Source: Antedon mediterranea
Taxonomy: Eukaryota; Animalia; Echinodermata
DNA: 64,000 bases
Assembly: GCF_964355755.1 (NCBI RefSeq)
Contig: NC_092673.1
Coordinates: 28,641,648 to 28,705,647, forward strand
Direction: 5' to 3'
Numbering within the stretch: position 1 is the first letter of the stretch; each line of letters opens with the position of its first letter. Below, piece after piece: positions 37,801-49,654 of this stretch. The position numbers and the translations under genes are program-made. The notes below the pieces were generated by a model. It made no database searches and was not told the DNA's origin. It saw only the letters and a program-made list of their open reading frames with translations.

Positions 37801-40800
37801 TTTATGTAATTATAGAGGCCCTAGTAAATATGGTTACCACTGTTTTATTGCCCGAGGGATCGAATAAGCAAGTTGTAATGATAATTATACTGTACCTTAC
37901 ATAGGACTATCTTTATAATGTAATTATAACAGTGGCGGATCCAGTGTAAACAGAACTAGATGATGGGTGGGATGCAATAGTCCTCAATATATTTAATTTT
38001 GGAATAGAGAGCCCAGAGCTTATAAATGCAATTTACTATTTTATCAACAGGCTTCTCGAGAGCAGGTGGACGTACAAAGGGACGTTCTGCTGAAGAAACT
38101 CACCGAATCCGATGCCACGAACCAGAAGCTGCGTCTGTCGATCTTGGACAAGGAACACGAGGTGGAATCTTTGAAAGCGATGCTGGCTGCAGAAAAGGGA
38201 CAAACCAACACGATGCAGGATCTCCAGTCCTCTCTGGAATCCACCAGAGCCCATCTGCAGAACCAGCTGCGCAAGAGAGAAGCAGATTGCAACCGGATGG
38301 CAGTGCAGATCAGGAACATAGAGAACCAGCTAGAACAGGAGAAGATTGAGGTGGAGCATCTGCAGGGACTTCTTAGTGGCGCGAAAGAGAAGGCTATTGC
38401 AGATAAGGAAGCTCTGAAGAAAGCCACAAGGTACAAAGTAGTGCTTGGTTAATTAAATTACATAAATAGTATTTTTGCTTTAAAGATTAGAGTTATGCTC
38501 TGTCTACACTATCAAACTTGTTTGACAAAAAAGTGTGATGTTGTGCTCCAAATATCTTAGTGATATGACATCAACAAGGGAACATCACATTTTTTTTTCA
38601 CATAAAGTTTGATAGTGTAGACAGAGCTTTACTCTAATATGTCTCACCGTTTTTCCATCTCTCTCTTCAGAATTCAGAAACAAAGAGCTAGCAGAAGTGA
38701 GGATGCTGTTGACCAATTAAATTCTCAGGTTCTTGAACGAGAGGCTCAGATTGCAGACAGCGTGGCCGTGATAGAACAGTGGAAGGCAAAAGCATCGAAA
38801 TTTGAACGTGAAAAGCTGCAGATTGTTCATGAAAATGAACTACTTTCCCAGTAAGTGTTGGTTATCAAAAAAGAGTATTTAACTAAATACTTTCCCAGTA
38901 AGTGAAATAAGATCTTGGTAACAATTACTACTAATAAGTACTGTGACTGTGTGAAAGAGTTCTAGGTGCCAAGTATTCATAAACAGGGCTATCACAAAAG
39001 GCTCATTGGCTGAAGCGCTATATACACAATCAAACTTTACGTGACAAAAATGATGAATGATGTGCCCATATATTAACATGATGATGTCATATCACTACCA
39101 TATTTAGGCACATCACTACTATATTTTTGTCAAACTAGTTTGATAGTGTAGACAGAGCTTTAGCCAATAATATGTTTTTGTTGGGATTATCAAATGTTAT
39201 TTTGTTTTGATCTTTACAGACGTGTAGAAGGTCTTCAAGGATCTCTGCGAGAGACGGAAGTAGCTGGTCGGTCTACGCATGACAACATGAGTTTACAGAT
39301 TGCTAGCAAAACTGCTGAAGTGACCAGTCTTAAACTTGATAATGAAAGACTCAAAGTAATCTATACAAACTTGAGAATTCTTTTCACATACATAATACAT
39401 ATTTGCATTTATATATTTAACTTTAAAACTACAGTAATTAAATCTTTAGAATTTATTAATACTACATCAAATAGGAAAACCAAACAGCATAGCAGCGCTA
39501 TCTACTGCCTGTACCATCATTTATATAATCGTAATCACCTGACCTATCCTCTTCGGACTCTTTAGCCCATAAGGCTGCAAGATTCCTCTGCCAACGCATC
39601 CGGTCCCTGGCCACAGGATTGGCTAGGTTCCATGATTTCCATCCCAACTCTGTTCTCTCTTTTTCTACTGTCCGTTTTCACGTTGTTTTTGGACGTCCAA
39701 CTTTTCTCCTCCCTTCAGGACACCATGTTAAAGCTGTCATACAATGGCAGTTATCCTCTATTCATAACACATGTCCAATCCATTTCCATTAAATCGTAAT
39801 CGAGGCTTTATATTTATTTGGTGTTTTGGCAGGTAACTTTGGCAACGATTGAAGACAAGCTTAAGTTTTCAAATTCAGAAATTGACCAATTAAAATCAAC
39901 CGTAGGTCAATATGAGTCACTAATGTCTGATCAAAAGACTCGGGTAAGTGCAGATGTTCGATGTATTGATGAAAAAATCTCCATAACTACTTCATCATTT
40001 TTACATTTATGAACATGAGAGAAGAGAATGATAATTGTAATTTTGACATAAATTGTACATATTTATAAATAGAATATAGATAACAAAGAATGATTTATAG
40101 TAAAGTAAATGACCTGGAATGACCTGCAGCCTAAATAGTAGACAACATGCATAACATTATTCTTCTCCGGCACAAAGAGTGTCGGACAGCTGCCAACAAA
40201 CAGCACATTCATCTGTCCAGCAAGGGCTGAGTTGGACCAGTACACCGAGGTAATCCCCTACTCCGCCAAAGGATACACTAGGTTCTTTAAAGCCAGATGT
40301 GTGAGGCTTCAAACAAAATATACTTTCTTATTTAGATTTCCTTTTGTATTTATTCCTTTCAGATGTCCAAGTCGCAAAGAGAGGCTGCCGACGCTAATTT
40401 ACGGCTTGAAAGAGAAGAAAGAGAAAAGTCGCGCATCCTGGATGAGAGTCATTCTGAAATAGAAAGGGTGCGTCATGCTTTCTAAATCTATATATTTGGG
40501 TGCTGTTTTGTCTTCCTTACTTGGTAAACTTTCAATTTTACACTGGTACTGTGTTACTAGTTTCCTGTGTTTTTATTTAAAAAAAAAAAACATATGAAAT
40601 GAGTAATACACAAGGCCGTAGCAAGAGGTTAAAAACATACCATACAAAGATGCTTTAAATAAAATTATTAATATAAAATATGACGATTTGTGCTGGGGAA
40701 TTGGGGTGGGTGGTGAACATTTTATGCTGGCTATGGTTCTGATACATTTTCTATCTTTTTATCAATACATTTTTGTATTTTACATAAACGTAGAATGTTC

Positions 40801-43800
40801 CTAATAATTGTGAAAAGTGGTTTTCTAAAGTAAGTAGACTGGTATCTTTACGTGCATGCATCCACATCACTTCTGTAATGTGTTCAATGTGAACAAAGCA
40901 TGTTTTATTTTCTATTTTGTATTTAATTTTCTTAAGATCTGTCTACACTATCAAACTAGTTTGACAACAAATGTGTGATGTGCCCAAATATGGTAGTGAT
41001 ATGCCCAAATATGGTAGTGATGACTTATCTGGGCAAATCACATTTTTTGTCACATTAAGTTTGATAGTGTACTTTATTGCCAGAAAACAAGATATTAACA
41101 GAAAAATTAAGAGGTTTAAAAGTAGATTACTTTCTTATTTGCAGAATTTTAATTTTTCTTCCAATTGTAATGTGTACGATGTTTTTAACTTTTTTATGTT
41201 CTGTTCCATGTATTTTTTTGTTTTTATATGTTTCTGCATGTTTAACGTTGGGTGACACTTTAATGGTATCTGGGATTATGTTTCAATTGTTCTTAGCGTT
41301 ACAAATGTAAAACCTCTTTTTATTTTGCATGTTTCAATTTACTCTACCAGGGTTAGGAGTTTGTGCCCTGTCTACACAATAATATGTTATCAGGTGGCAT
41401 GTTACAAATGATTGGTAAAAAGCAAAACTACGGAAGATCATAAGAGCTGTCAACATATATAGGTTTTACCAAATCCTATACAGTACAGCCCCTCCTTTGG
41501 GACACCTGTATTCAGGGCACACTCCTATCAAGGGGACACTTTAACATGAATAAGAGGCAATATGTAACACTATGGCTAGCACCTGTTAAGGGGACACTTT
41601 CCTGTGAAATAAACAAGGAGAAATATATAACATAATAACAGCCAACCTCTATTTAGGGAACATTTTATTGGGTCCTGGACTTGTCCCTGGTTCTATAAAA
41701 TATTATTTTTAGTAACTTTTGTTTATTTTAACTTTCAGGTTCGGTCACGTCTTGAACAGCAACTGGATGACCTTCAGCCCCTGCCAGAAATGTTGCGATC
41801 GTCAGAACAACGTCTGCTAGCAGCAACGGAGCGACTGACTGCACAGGAAAAACGATCCTCGGAACAAACCCAACTAATCAATGACATTACTCTAAAGGTA
41901 TACTACCCATACTACCAACAAAAAATGATTTCACTTTCTGCGCAGTAGATTAAACTAAACTAGAATTCCTTCCAATTCAGGCGACACCTCTATTTGAGGT
42001 TGACATTTTGTCCCGAAATGTCCTTTTAAACTACTTTAACATCACACCGGATTCGGTCCAGAGTCCTGAGAAAAATATCGTGAGCGTTTAGCATGCTTTA
42101 ATTACACCGAGCATGAATTTGGTTAATTCATTATTCATGCTGACTGTTAAACAGAAAAAGAACAAAAAATTCTGGAGGGAACATGCTAAATGTAACAGTC
42201 TTTTGGAAAAAAGGCTTTCTATTGTGGTTTAAGAAACGTTTACATTCACATCATTTGATTCCAAAATATAGTTGAGTTGATAAACACATATATAGTTAAT
42301 AATTGAAACTATTGTCTATATTAGTACATTAAGAAAACGCACACACGACCAGCCTGTATAATAATTACCTACCCTATGCTATACATGTATTAAATTTTAT
42401 GATAGATGGACCAGCAGAGGGAACAGTTGGAAGCTATGCGGGACAAGTGGCACCAAGCTCAGGATGAATGCCGTACATTGAGATCGCAAATTGAACCTCT
42501 AGAAAGGTAACAACTAAATGTGTTTACATTGTGTGAAGATCGCAGTGTTTTTTATTCTGTAGATAAAGCTCTGTCTATACTATAAAACATCATGTGACAA
42601 GAAATTGTGATGTGCCCAATATATGGTAGTTATATGCTTAAATGTGGTAGTGATATGACATCATCATGTTCATATATGGGCAGATCACATTTTTTGTCAC
42701 ATAAGGTTGTATAATATAGACAGAGCTTTAGTCATGTCGGCCAATGAGAAGATAATGGGTTGTGGGCACTAATTGTGATATGTAACTCGAGGGTCGTTTG
42801 TGTAAATGGAATAAAAATAATTGCTTTTCAAAATGCTTATTTGTTTTCGTTATTAGAAAATCTCATGAATTTGAAGTAGAGAATCGGGATATGCATGGTC
42901 TACTGAGTAAGAGAGAAGAAACGCTTCGTCAGAATCAGGTAAGATAATTGTCTGTCCAGCCATAAATCAGGGGGCGGGTCCAAGAACATGAACGGCAATA
43001 ATAGTTGCACCTATATAATTAATAGTAAAAATGTTCAAAATGTCATATATAGCTAAAACTCCCTGGATCCATCCTTAAGCTCTGTCTACACTATCAAACT
43101 AGTTTGCCAAAAAAAGTGTGATATGCCCAATATGGTAGTGATATGCTCAAATATGGTAGTGATATGACATCATCATGTCCATATATGGGGCACATCACAT
43201 TTGTGACATAAAATTTGATAATGTAGACAGAGCTAAATAATAAAATCAGGAATTGTATCCAACACATTACAAAGTGCATTTCTTTTCAGCTTGAAGTTGA
43301 AGATAAAAACAGAGAGCTAGCTAGCCTCACAAGACAACTAGAACAATCTATCGCAGATAACCGTCGAATAGAGGAAGAGTCTCGCGAGAAGTCTATCGCA
43401 CGTGAGCGTAACTGGCATGCAAGGATCCTGGAACTCGAGTCTCAGTTGAGCCGAAGTAAAACGGAAGCTGTTCAACTGCGACGAGGAAAGGAAGAGGTTA
43501 ATAAATAATGCTTTATGTTCATTCTTTTAGATAATTTTCCCTAATTTTCCCTAAGTGTTACTTTGTTTTATACAGCTGGCACCAAACGGCATTCGTCTGT
43601 CCACAGCAGGGGCTGAGATGAACCAGTACACTGAAGTGATTCCCTACATACAATTGGTTCTTTGAAGTGATCTAAATGTATACACTTTGTGCATCTCAAA
43701 CTTTTAATAAATTCAACTAAATTCTAAAGCTCTGTCTACACTATCAAACTAGTTTGACAAAAAAAAGGGTGATGTTCCCAAATATGGTAGTGATATGACA

Positions 43801-44140
43801 TCATGTCCAGATATGAGCACATCGCATTTTTTGTCACATAAAGTTTGATAGTGTAGACAGAGCTTAAGAATACACCTGTTTCAATAGTTGTATGGTCTTA
43901 AAACATAATAGAGAACTTTATAAATGCTCTTTGTATCCAACATGTTTTTGTCTTTTTCAGGGAGAACGCAAGTTCAACTCTAGGTTACACGATCTAAAAG
44001 ATCGCCTAGAGCAGTCACACAGTACTAACCGCAGCATGCAAAACTATGTGCAGTTTCTAAAGAGCTCGTATTCTAACGTCTTTGGTGACACATCTCTAGC
44101 ATCCTCTCCATATCGACCTCGATCACCGATACACACGTAG
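34839..44140 (+). CDS. ODF2: Outer dense fiber protein 2 / cenexin, 16 coding exons, 836 aa: 34839-34967, 35295-35423, 35550-35711, 36646-36833, 37102-37231, 37505-37636, 38051-38430, 38671-38850, 39220-39355, 39833-39943, 40363-40467, 41739-41897, 42406-42506, 42857-42938, 43290-43496, 43961-44140
   Basis: All junctions are GT-AG and phase-compatible (2511 nt in total). The N-terminus SPPLHVHVDKATPVHVHVKK, GPWVPAPG, EKKIDSLMSEVG and the C-terminus SRLHDLKDRLEQSHSTNRSMQNYVQFLKSSYSNVFGD...SSPYRPRSP match ODF2/cenexin as recalled; long coiled coil in between. Confidence 0.94.
39537..39789 (-). mobile_element. Decayed 3' end of an RTE-clade non-LTR retrotransposon ORF2
   Basis: The minus strand translates WKWIGHVL*IEDNCHCMTALTWCPEGRRKVGRPKTT*KRTVEKERTELGWKSWNLANPVARDRMRWQRNLAALWA, carrying the WxGHVxR...GxRxxGRPxxxW...DRxxW signature of RTE C-termini, with two stops. 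Confidence 0.85.
41479..41700. mobile_element. Degenerate Tc1/pogo(Tigger)-like MITE fragment
   Basis: TA|CAGTACAGCCCCTC..GGGACACC start and repeated GGGGACAC motifs; a related fragment lies at about 41980-42030. Confidence 0.45.
43728..43864. mobile_element. MITE family A copy with an exact TAA target duplication (ODF2 last intron)
   Basis: TAA|AGCTCTGTCTACAC...GTGTAGACAGAGCT|TAA. Confidence 0.9.
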
Positions 44141-45274
44141 TGAAACAAATTTCATTAAATAAAGAAAACGTAGTACGTATAAAAATTAAATAATTGATAT
44201 TTCTATTGGTAGAAATTTTAAGCAACAAAATGAATGCTATAGTTGGTATATCTATGCACTGTTTTTAATATTAAAATTTATATATTTTTTTGTTTTAAAT
44301 AACATGTTAATATGAGAAATGTATGATCATTATTTTCATAATTTTATTACTTTTAAAAGAAATAATGTTTTTCCAAATGTTTGAAAAATGAATTGAATTT
44401 TGCTGTAAAAGCATTTATCCAACAGTGATAATCAATAAAGATTTAAAACTATGTGTAATTTGTATGTTTTGGTTTTATAATGTTGAACTTCTTATAGGCC
44501 ATGGTAAGTTTCCTGGAATGTTTGTGCCAAATAATAAATGAAACTTTAATATTTTCTTCTTGTGGCAGAAGAGATTGTGTAATTATTTTGGTCATTTTTT
44601 GCAAAAAAATCCCATGTATAATTTTATTTTTGATGATGTATTGTCCTCCAAAACATGAAAAATTTAGATTAAACCAAAATTTGAATATGTCATTTTGCAG
44701 TTTTGATAAAGTTGTTCACTTACGTAGAAAAAAAGAACAAAAATAATGAACCATATGGAACCATTCCTGAATAGGCCTATTGTATTAAATCCCCTTCCTA
44801 GTATAGATGAATCTGAAGCTCTGTCTACACTATCAAACTAGTTTGACAACAAATTTGTGATGTGGTCAAATATGGTAACGATATGCTCAAATATTGTAGT
44901 GGTATGATGTCATCGTGTCCATATATGGGCACATCACATTTTGTTGTTCTCCTTCTGAGCTGGATGTTAGCGTGATCTTATGCACGGTTCTATTGGACGA
45001 TTTATTATTAGCAAATCAACTAACACAGAAAGCAATAAATTAATATTTATGAAATGTTCAATGATTTATCATAATGCTTTTGAAATACGAGACTGTCGAG
45101 TGAATTTCTGAACTCCAAAAATCATGTTATAAACATATAAGGCAGTCTAGTAATTCAATTAGCACATTTATATATAGTATTATCCCCCCCCCCCCCCCCA
45201 AAAAAAAAAACCGCTTGTTTTGTCTTAATTACATAAGTTAAACGTCGCCCTCTATGCGTTATTGATACTCATTA

Positions 45275-45448
45275 AGCGTGGTTCCCACTAGCGACGCAAG
45301 GACGTAACGCAACGCAAGTGAATTGACCAATCACAAGCGATAGCTTATTCGCTTGTGATTGCTAACTGTCTATAACTTTGTTTGTCATTGGTTAAAACGC
45401 TTGCGTTGCGTTTACGTCCTTGCGTTACGTTCTAGTGGGAACCAAGCT
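45275..45448. mobile_element. Palindromic MITE family B (Harbinger-like); other copies at about 7235-7390, 56861-57000, 57440-57597, 57730-57783 (half) and 63085-63225
   Basis: AGC(G/T)TGGTTCCCACTAG...GACCAATCACAAGCG...CGCTTGTGATTG...CTAGTGGGAACCAAGCT; the copy at 56861-57000 has an exact TTA duplication. Confidence 0.85.
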
Positions 45449-47390
45449 ATAGAAAAAAAAATAAGTTAAAGATACGTAGACTGGTAATATGCAAATGAAA
45501 TCGAAAACTTTCCTATGAAGAAAAACAATCCCTTTCAAATGTCCCTCCTAAATTAGGCCTACATCTAACCGTACATCATATTATAATAGAGTTCCCGAAA
45601 TAAGAATTTATTATTATTATCTAATTGGAGTAGCCTACTGTAGGTTACTAATTAGCCTACAAAATACGTATATAAACACACCCCTTCCTTAATTGTGTCG
45701 TCGTAAATTAGGTACAACGACTAGCTGTCAACAAAGGTGGCAGTACAGAACCCGCTGTTTACACGAATGTTGTACTTTGCATTTCTCTCGTTGTCATTGG
45801 GCATCACCGCCCTTCCGTCAAAACTAATGAACAGTAGCTGAAGGAAAAGCCAAGGGAGGAAGTACACATAAATCAACGTCAAAACTTCGAAAATCTGACA
45901 CTATTTAACACACAAACAAGTTAAAAACCCAATAAAACTAGTGAAATAGTGAGTGATATATCGACGATGGTAATATACTCTAAAAATGTTTTATATAAGC
46001 ACCCCCTTGTCTTCAAGGTTATCACAATTTTGAAATAAATTATTTGGAAAAACTGGTATTTAGAATTATTGGAGTAGGCGTACATTTTGAATTATGGTAC
46101 TGTTTTCCAGACTACCACCCGGACGCAGTCGCAAATGTTGTTGTTGGATATTGAACTATGGAACCTTTTTCTTCCATTATCCCGGCTCAGTTTCTATTTT
46201 CTGTTGGTTTTTTGGGAAGGTGGGGGGGGGGGGGGAGGGGGAATCCATCAGAATCCATCCACAACATCAGGATTGTCAACGGTTTTTTTTCTTTTTTTAA
46301 ATTAAGCAATAACTTAATGGCAAATAGGTAGACAACTTATCTGTATTATCGCTCTAACTAGGGCCGTCTGCACCCCTTCTCCTCCTTGACCATTAAACTG
46401 TAATTTCCCCAATTGAACTAATTTAGACAACGTTATCTTCTTGATATTGTAAGAGTTGTTAAATGTTTACTTTTTTAATAGTAATCCTGGAATTCGTACG
46501 CATCAACAATTTCCTTTGTGTCTAAATCACTCCTCTGTTCTTTGTCAAGAAGAAAACACTTTTTACTAAATCGTTCTGTAATTTCAATATTTATTCAACT
46601 TATCTACCTGGAATATACTTTAATAGATGAGATAACAAACACGTATCTAAGTGGGTCTAAAGTGGGTCCGTCAAAATTGAAGTGCCTCTCAGTGACATGT
46701 CAATGAGGTTGTTTTTTTTAAATAGAATAGTACGTTGGTTAAATCTGAACCAAATATTTAAACATGCGATTGATATAACCTTTTACCGCACAATAGGGAT
46801 TTAAACGTCTATGACGTCATAGTATCGTGTACAAATTGAAAAAATCCCAAAGTGTTCAGAATAACAACGATATTGTGTTATTGTGTTTTTGTTTTCTAGT
46901 ATTGGACGACGGGACTGTCTTTCAAGTTCATTAATCAGATAGGTAGGCCTACGTGTTATCTCAAGTTTGCTCTGCTGTAAATTGTCACTTATGTGGCATT
47001 ATAACGAAGGTTGAACACTCTCAAATAAGAATTGGAGGCTCTAATACCTGAAATGAATCAGACAAGGTGAGTGAATACTCAAGGATATCTGTTAGCTATT
47101 AATTAAAATAATGTAAATAATTTTTTTGTCCGTAAAATTGCGTAATGGTGTAATGGCAGCTGTAATCAGTACAATATATACACATGGTTTACCCCCAGGG
47201 GTGTGTTAATAGGCGGTGGTCACGATTAATACGCCACCTCCAATGCTTTTTGCCTGCATAATAAAAACAGTAAAGAAGAATTGCGTCTAGTTGTTTGGTT
47301 GTTATCGATACAATAAAAATGTTAAAAATTGGACCCATTCCTGAAAAGGGTCGGTCTAAAATACAATATGGTTTTAAAAATAATAGGATA

Positions 47391-47830
47391 GGACAGCCAA
47401 GGGCGCTGCGGCTAGACTGGGGTTGCTGAAGCAGGCAGGGGTGCTTCGGCTACACTGGGATTGCTAAAACAGCCAGGGGGAGCTGTTTGAGCTGATGAAA
47501 CAGCCATGGGCGCTGCGGCTAGATTGGGATTGCTGAAACAGGCAGGGTGCTTCGGCCACACTGGGATTGCTAAAACAGCCAGGGGAGCTGTCTGAAATGA
47601 TAAAACAGCCAGGGGCGCTGCGGCTAGATTGGGATTGCTGAAACAGGCAGGGTGCTTCGGCCACACTGGGATTGCTAAAACAGCCAGGGGAGCTGTCTGA
47701 AATGATAAAACAGCCAGGGGCGCTGCGGCTAGACTGGGGTTGCTGAAACAGGCAGGGGTGCTTCGGTTACACTGGGATTGCTAAAACAGCCAGGGGCGCT
47801 GCGGATACCGGGATGCAGAGGGCTGAAAAT
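47391..47830. repeat. GC-rich higher-order minisatellite (about 110-bp unit built from about 37-bp subunits, about 4 units)
   Basis: Subunits AAACAGCCAGGGGCGCTGCGGCTAGACTGGGGTTGCTG / AAACAGGCAGGGTGCTTCGGCCACACTGGGATTGCTA / AAACAGCCAGGGGAGCTGTCTGAAATGATA recur in order. Confidence 0.9.
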
Positions 47831-48776
47831 CACATGGCTACCCTCGTCATATATTATAGCGTATAGGTCTAACTCCTCAATATAAATCAGAGACATATTG
47901 CAGTCCCAGATGTAATACAGTTTGACGTAAAACTAGGTAATATATTCCACTTTTAATGCGACTCAATATAAGGGTTACGAATTACTGGAATGTCAACGAC
48001 ATGCCATCTCGTACAACATCGCCTAATGGGGTAAGTTGGCAATAGTGGAAATATATATTGTTGCAAAAAATAAATATCAAATCCGCCAAACAGGAGAACG
48101 GTTTTTACGAGTGACACTAATTTATCGAAGTGGCTGCATGGCTGTTATTACGACATAACCTAATTTTAAATGAACTGGATATTAAAATATAACCGGTTTA
48201 GAAGCTTGAGATATCGGTTGTTTTTTCGGCATAATTCTCTACGTCCTTGTCGATAATTCAACGTTGTTTAATGGTTCGTAAATGCGAGGACAAACTTGTT
48301 ATTGATTGTCCACCGTTCATTCATTTTAACTTGGTCCATTATCAAAGACACGTTCCATGTGTTGTGCCGTAAATGTCCTGCTAACTCGTTTAGGCCGCTT
48401 TGACACCTGCTCCTCCTGCTAGATACAGTGTTTGGATACATTTCATGAGGTACGTACGTATGTGTGATATAGCCTAAATTTATTAGGCCCATAATAGGAC
48501 CATGTTGCAGGTTTATTGTTTCATTAAAGTTGCAAAGAACATCCGTCGTATGTCTTTTCATTACATTAATCATGGAAAATAGATTAAGATCAAGATAATG
48601 AGTTCCATTTATGTACTGTACATCATACGCTACGCACCACCGGTACAGCTGACGTCTTCACCAAAAGAATCTGTTGTGGCGCTCAGGTTCATGTACCAGC
48701 CGACTATATTCTGACCAAAGTAAGTCAAAATCTCCCGTTTTTGTTTTCATTTACTCTAGATCTGTTCACAATTCAG

Positions 48777-48890
48777 ATGAGTTATTGCCAAATAAACCAA
48801 ATGACGTTCATCAATAATATATCGTCGGAATCGGCATCACCGACAGAGAACAATAACAACAATAGCGGAACAATGAAGTCACGTGAGCAG
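48777..48890 (+). CDS. Upstream coding exon of the unidentified coiled-coil gene (MSYCQINQMTFINNISSESASPTENNNNNSGTMKSREQ)
   Basis: Pyrimidine tract and AG at 48759/48776, 114-nt open frame, donor CAG|gtaggc, phase 0; joins in frame to 55478 (MKSREQ-LQREIKHLEYKLRQ continues a heptad-like pattern). Confidence 0.6.
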
Positions 48891-49563
48891 GTAGGCAAAT
48901 GTTTTTTAAGTCTACCGACTATAAAGGGACACCGGTACGCGTGTTTTTTTTTTCCAGGACGAACGTGGGCAGAAGTCATGAATACACTCTTAATTTGGGC
49001 CTATGGGATTGGCACCGGTTTAGTACAGGTGCGGGTGGTACCTTAATACGAAACATCATACCGTATTAATCGGTACCTTTACATTGAAGGCGCCGGTACC
49101 GTGTTGATTTGAACCCCCGCCCATCTCCAGACAATGTTGTACGTCATTTTATATTAAATTAGAATTATAAGAACTTTCCATACTCGAAATACATTTAAGT
49201 GCAGAGACATACTTAGTCCAAAAGACAAGTCCAGTCCCTGGTTTAGGAGTTCTAACTGGCTCTCCAACACTGGAGGCCTCGGGTGTTTTTAGCAATTTTT
49301 TACATATTTTAATGCCTGTTCCCTCTGGGTACTGCTCAGGGTCCCCATAAGCTCCGGGGCACCTGGGTTTAGCCAGTGAGCGCTCAAAGCCGTTACGCCA
49401 CAGTGCGGTGGTTCAGACAGTCAGATTCACATGGCAAGAAATTGGAAAACGTTGAACTGTCAACTTTCGTCCCCACCATCATGAACACAGGACTACAAGG
49501 GAAGAGTGTAATTTCACTCTTTGCTGGGACTACACTATAATTATATACGAATTTAATTATCAT

Positions 49564-49654
49564 TAGAGAGGTTTCACAATCTTACGAATACGATAACGAA
49601 AACGGATACGTCACGCACACGTATTCGTTTTCGTAAGATTGCGAAACCTCCCTA
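49564..49654. mobile_element. Short hairpin MITE (about 90 bp)
   Basis: TAGAGAGGTTTCACAATCTTACGAA...TTCGTAAGATTGCGAAACCTCCCTA inverted arms. Confidence 0.75.

Noticed and set aside
38036-38436. Antisense and alternative-frame ORFs over the largest ODF2 exon (similar ORFs lie over 55455-56055)
   Set aside because: Shadow ORFs typical of coiled-coil coding sequence.
47238-47259. Minus-strand mini-ORF ATG CAG GCA AAA AGC ATT GGA G|gt (MQAKSIG-), resembling a fifth stomatin first exon beyond ODF2
   Set aside because: The donor gtggcg is poor, similarity is limited to a 9-mer that can occur by chance in 64 kb, and it would require ODF2 to be nested in a stomatin intron. It merits only a quick junction check.
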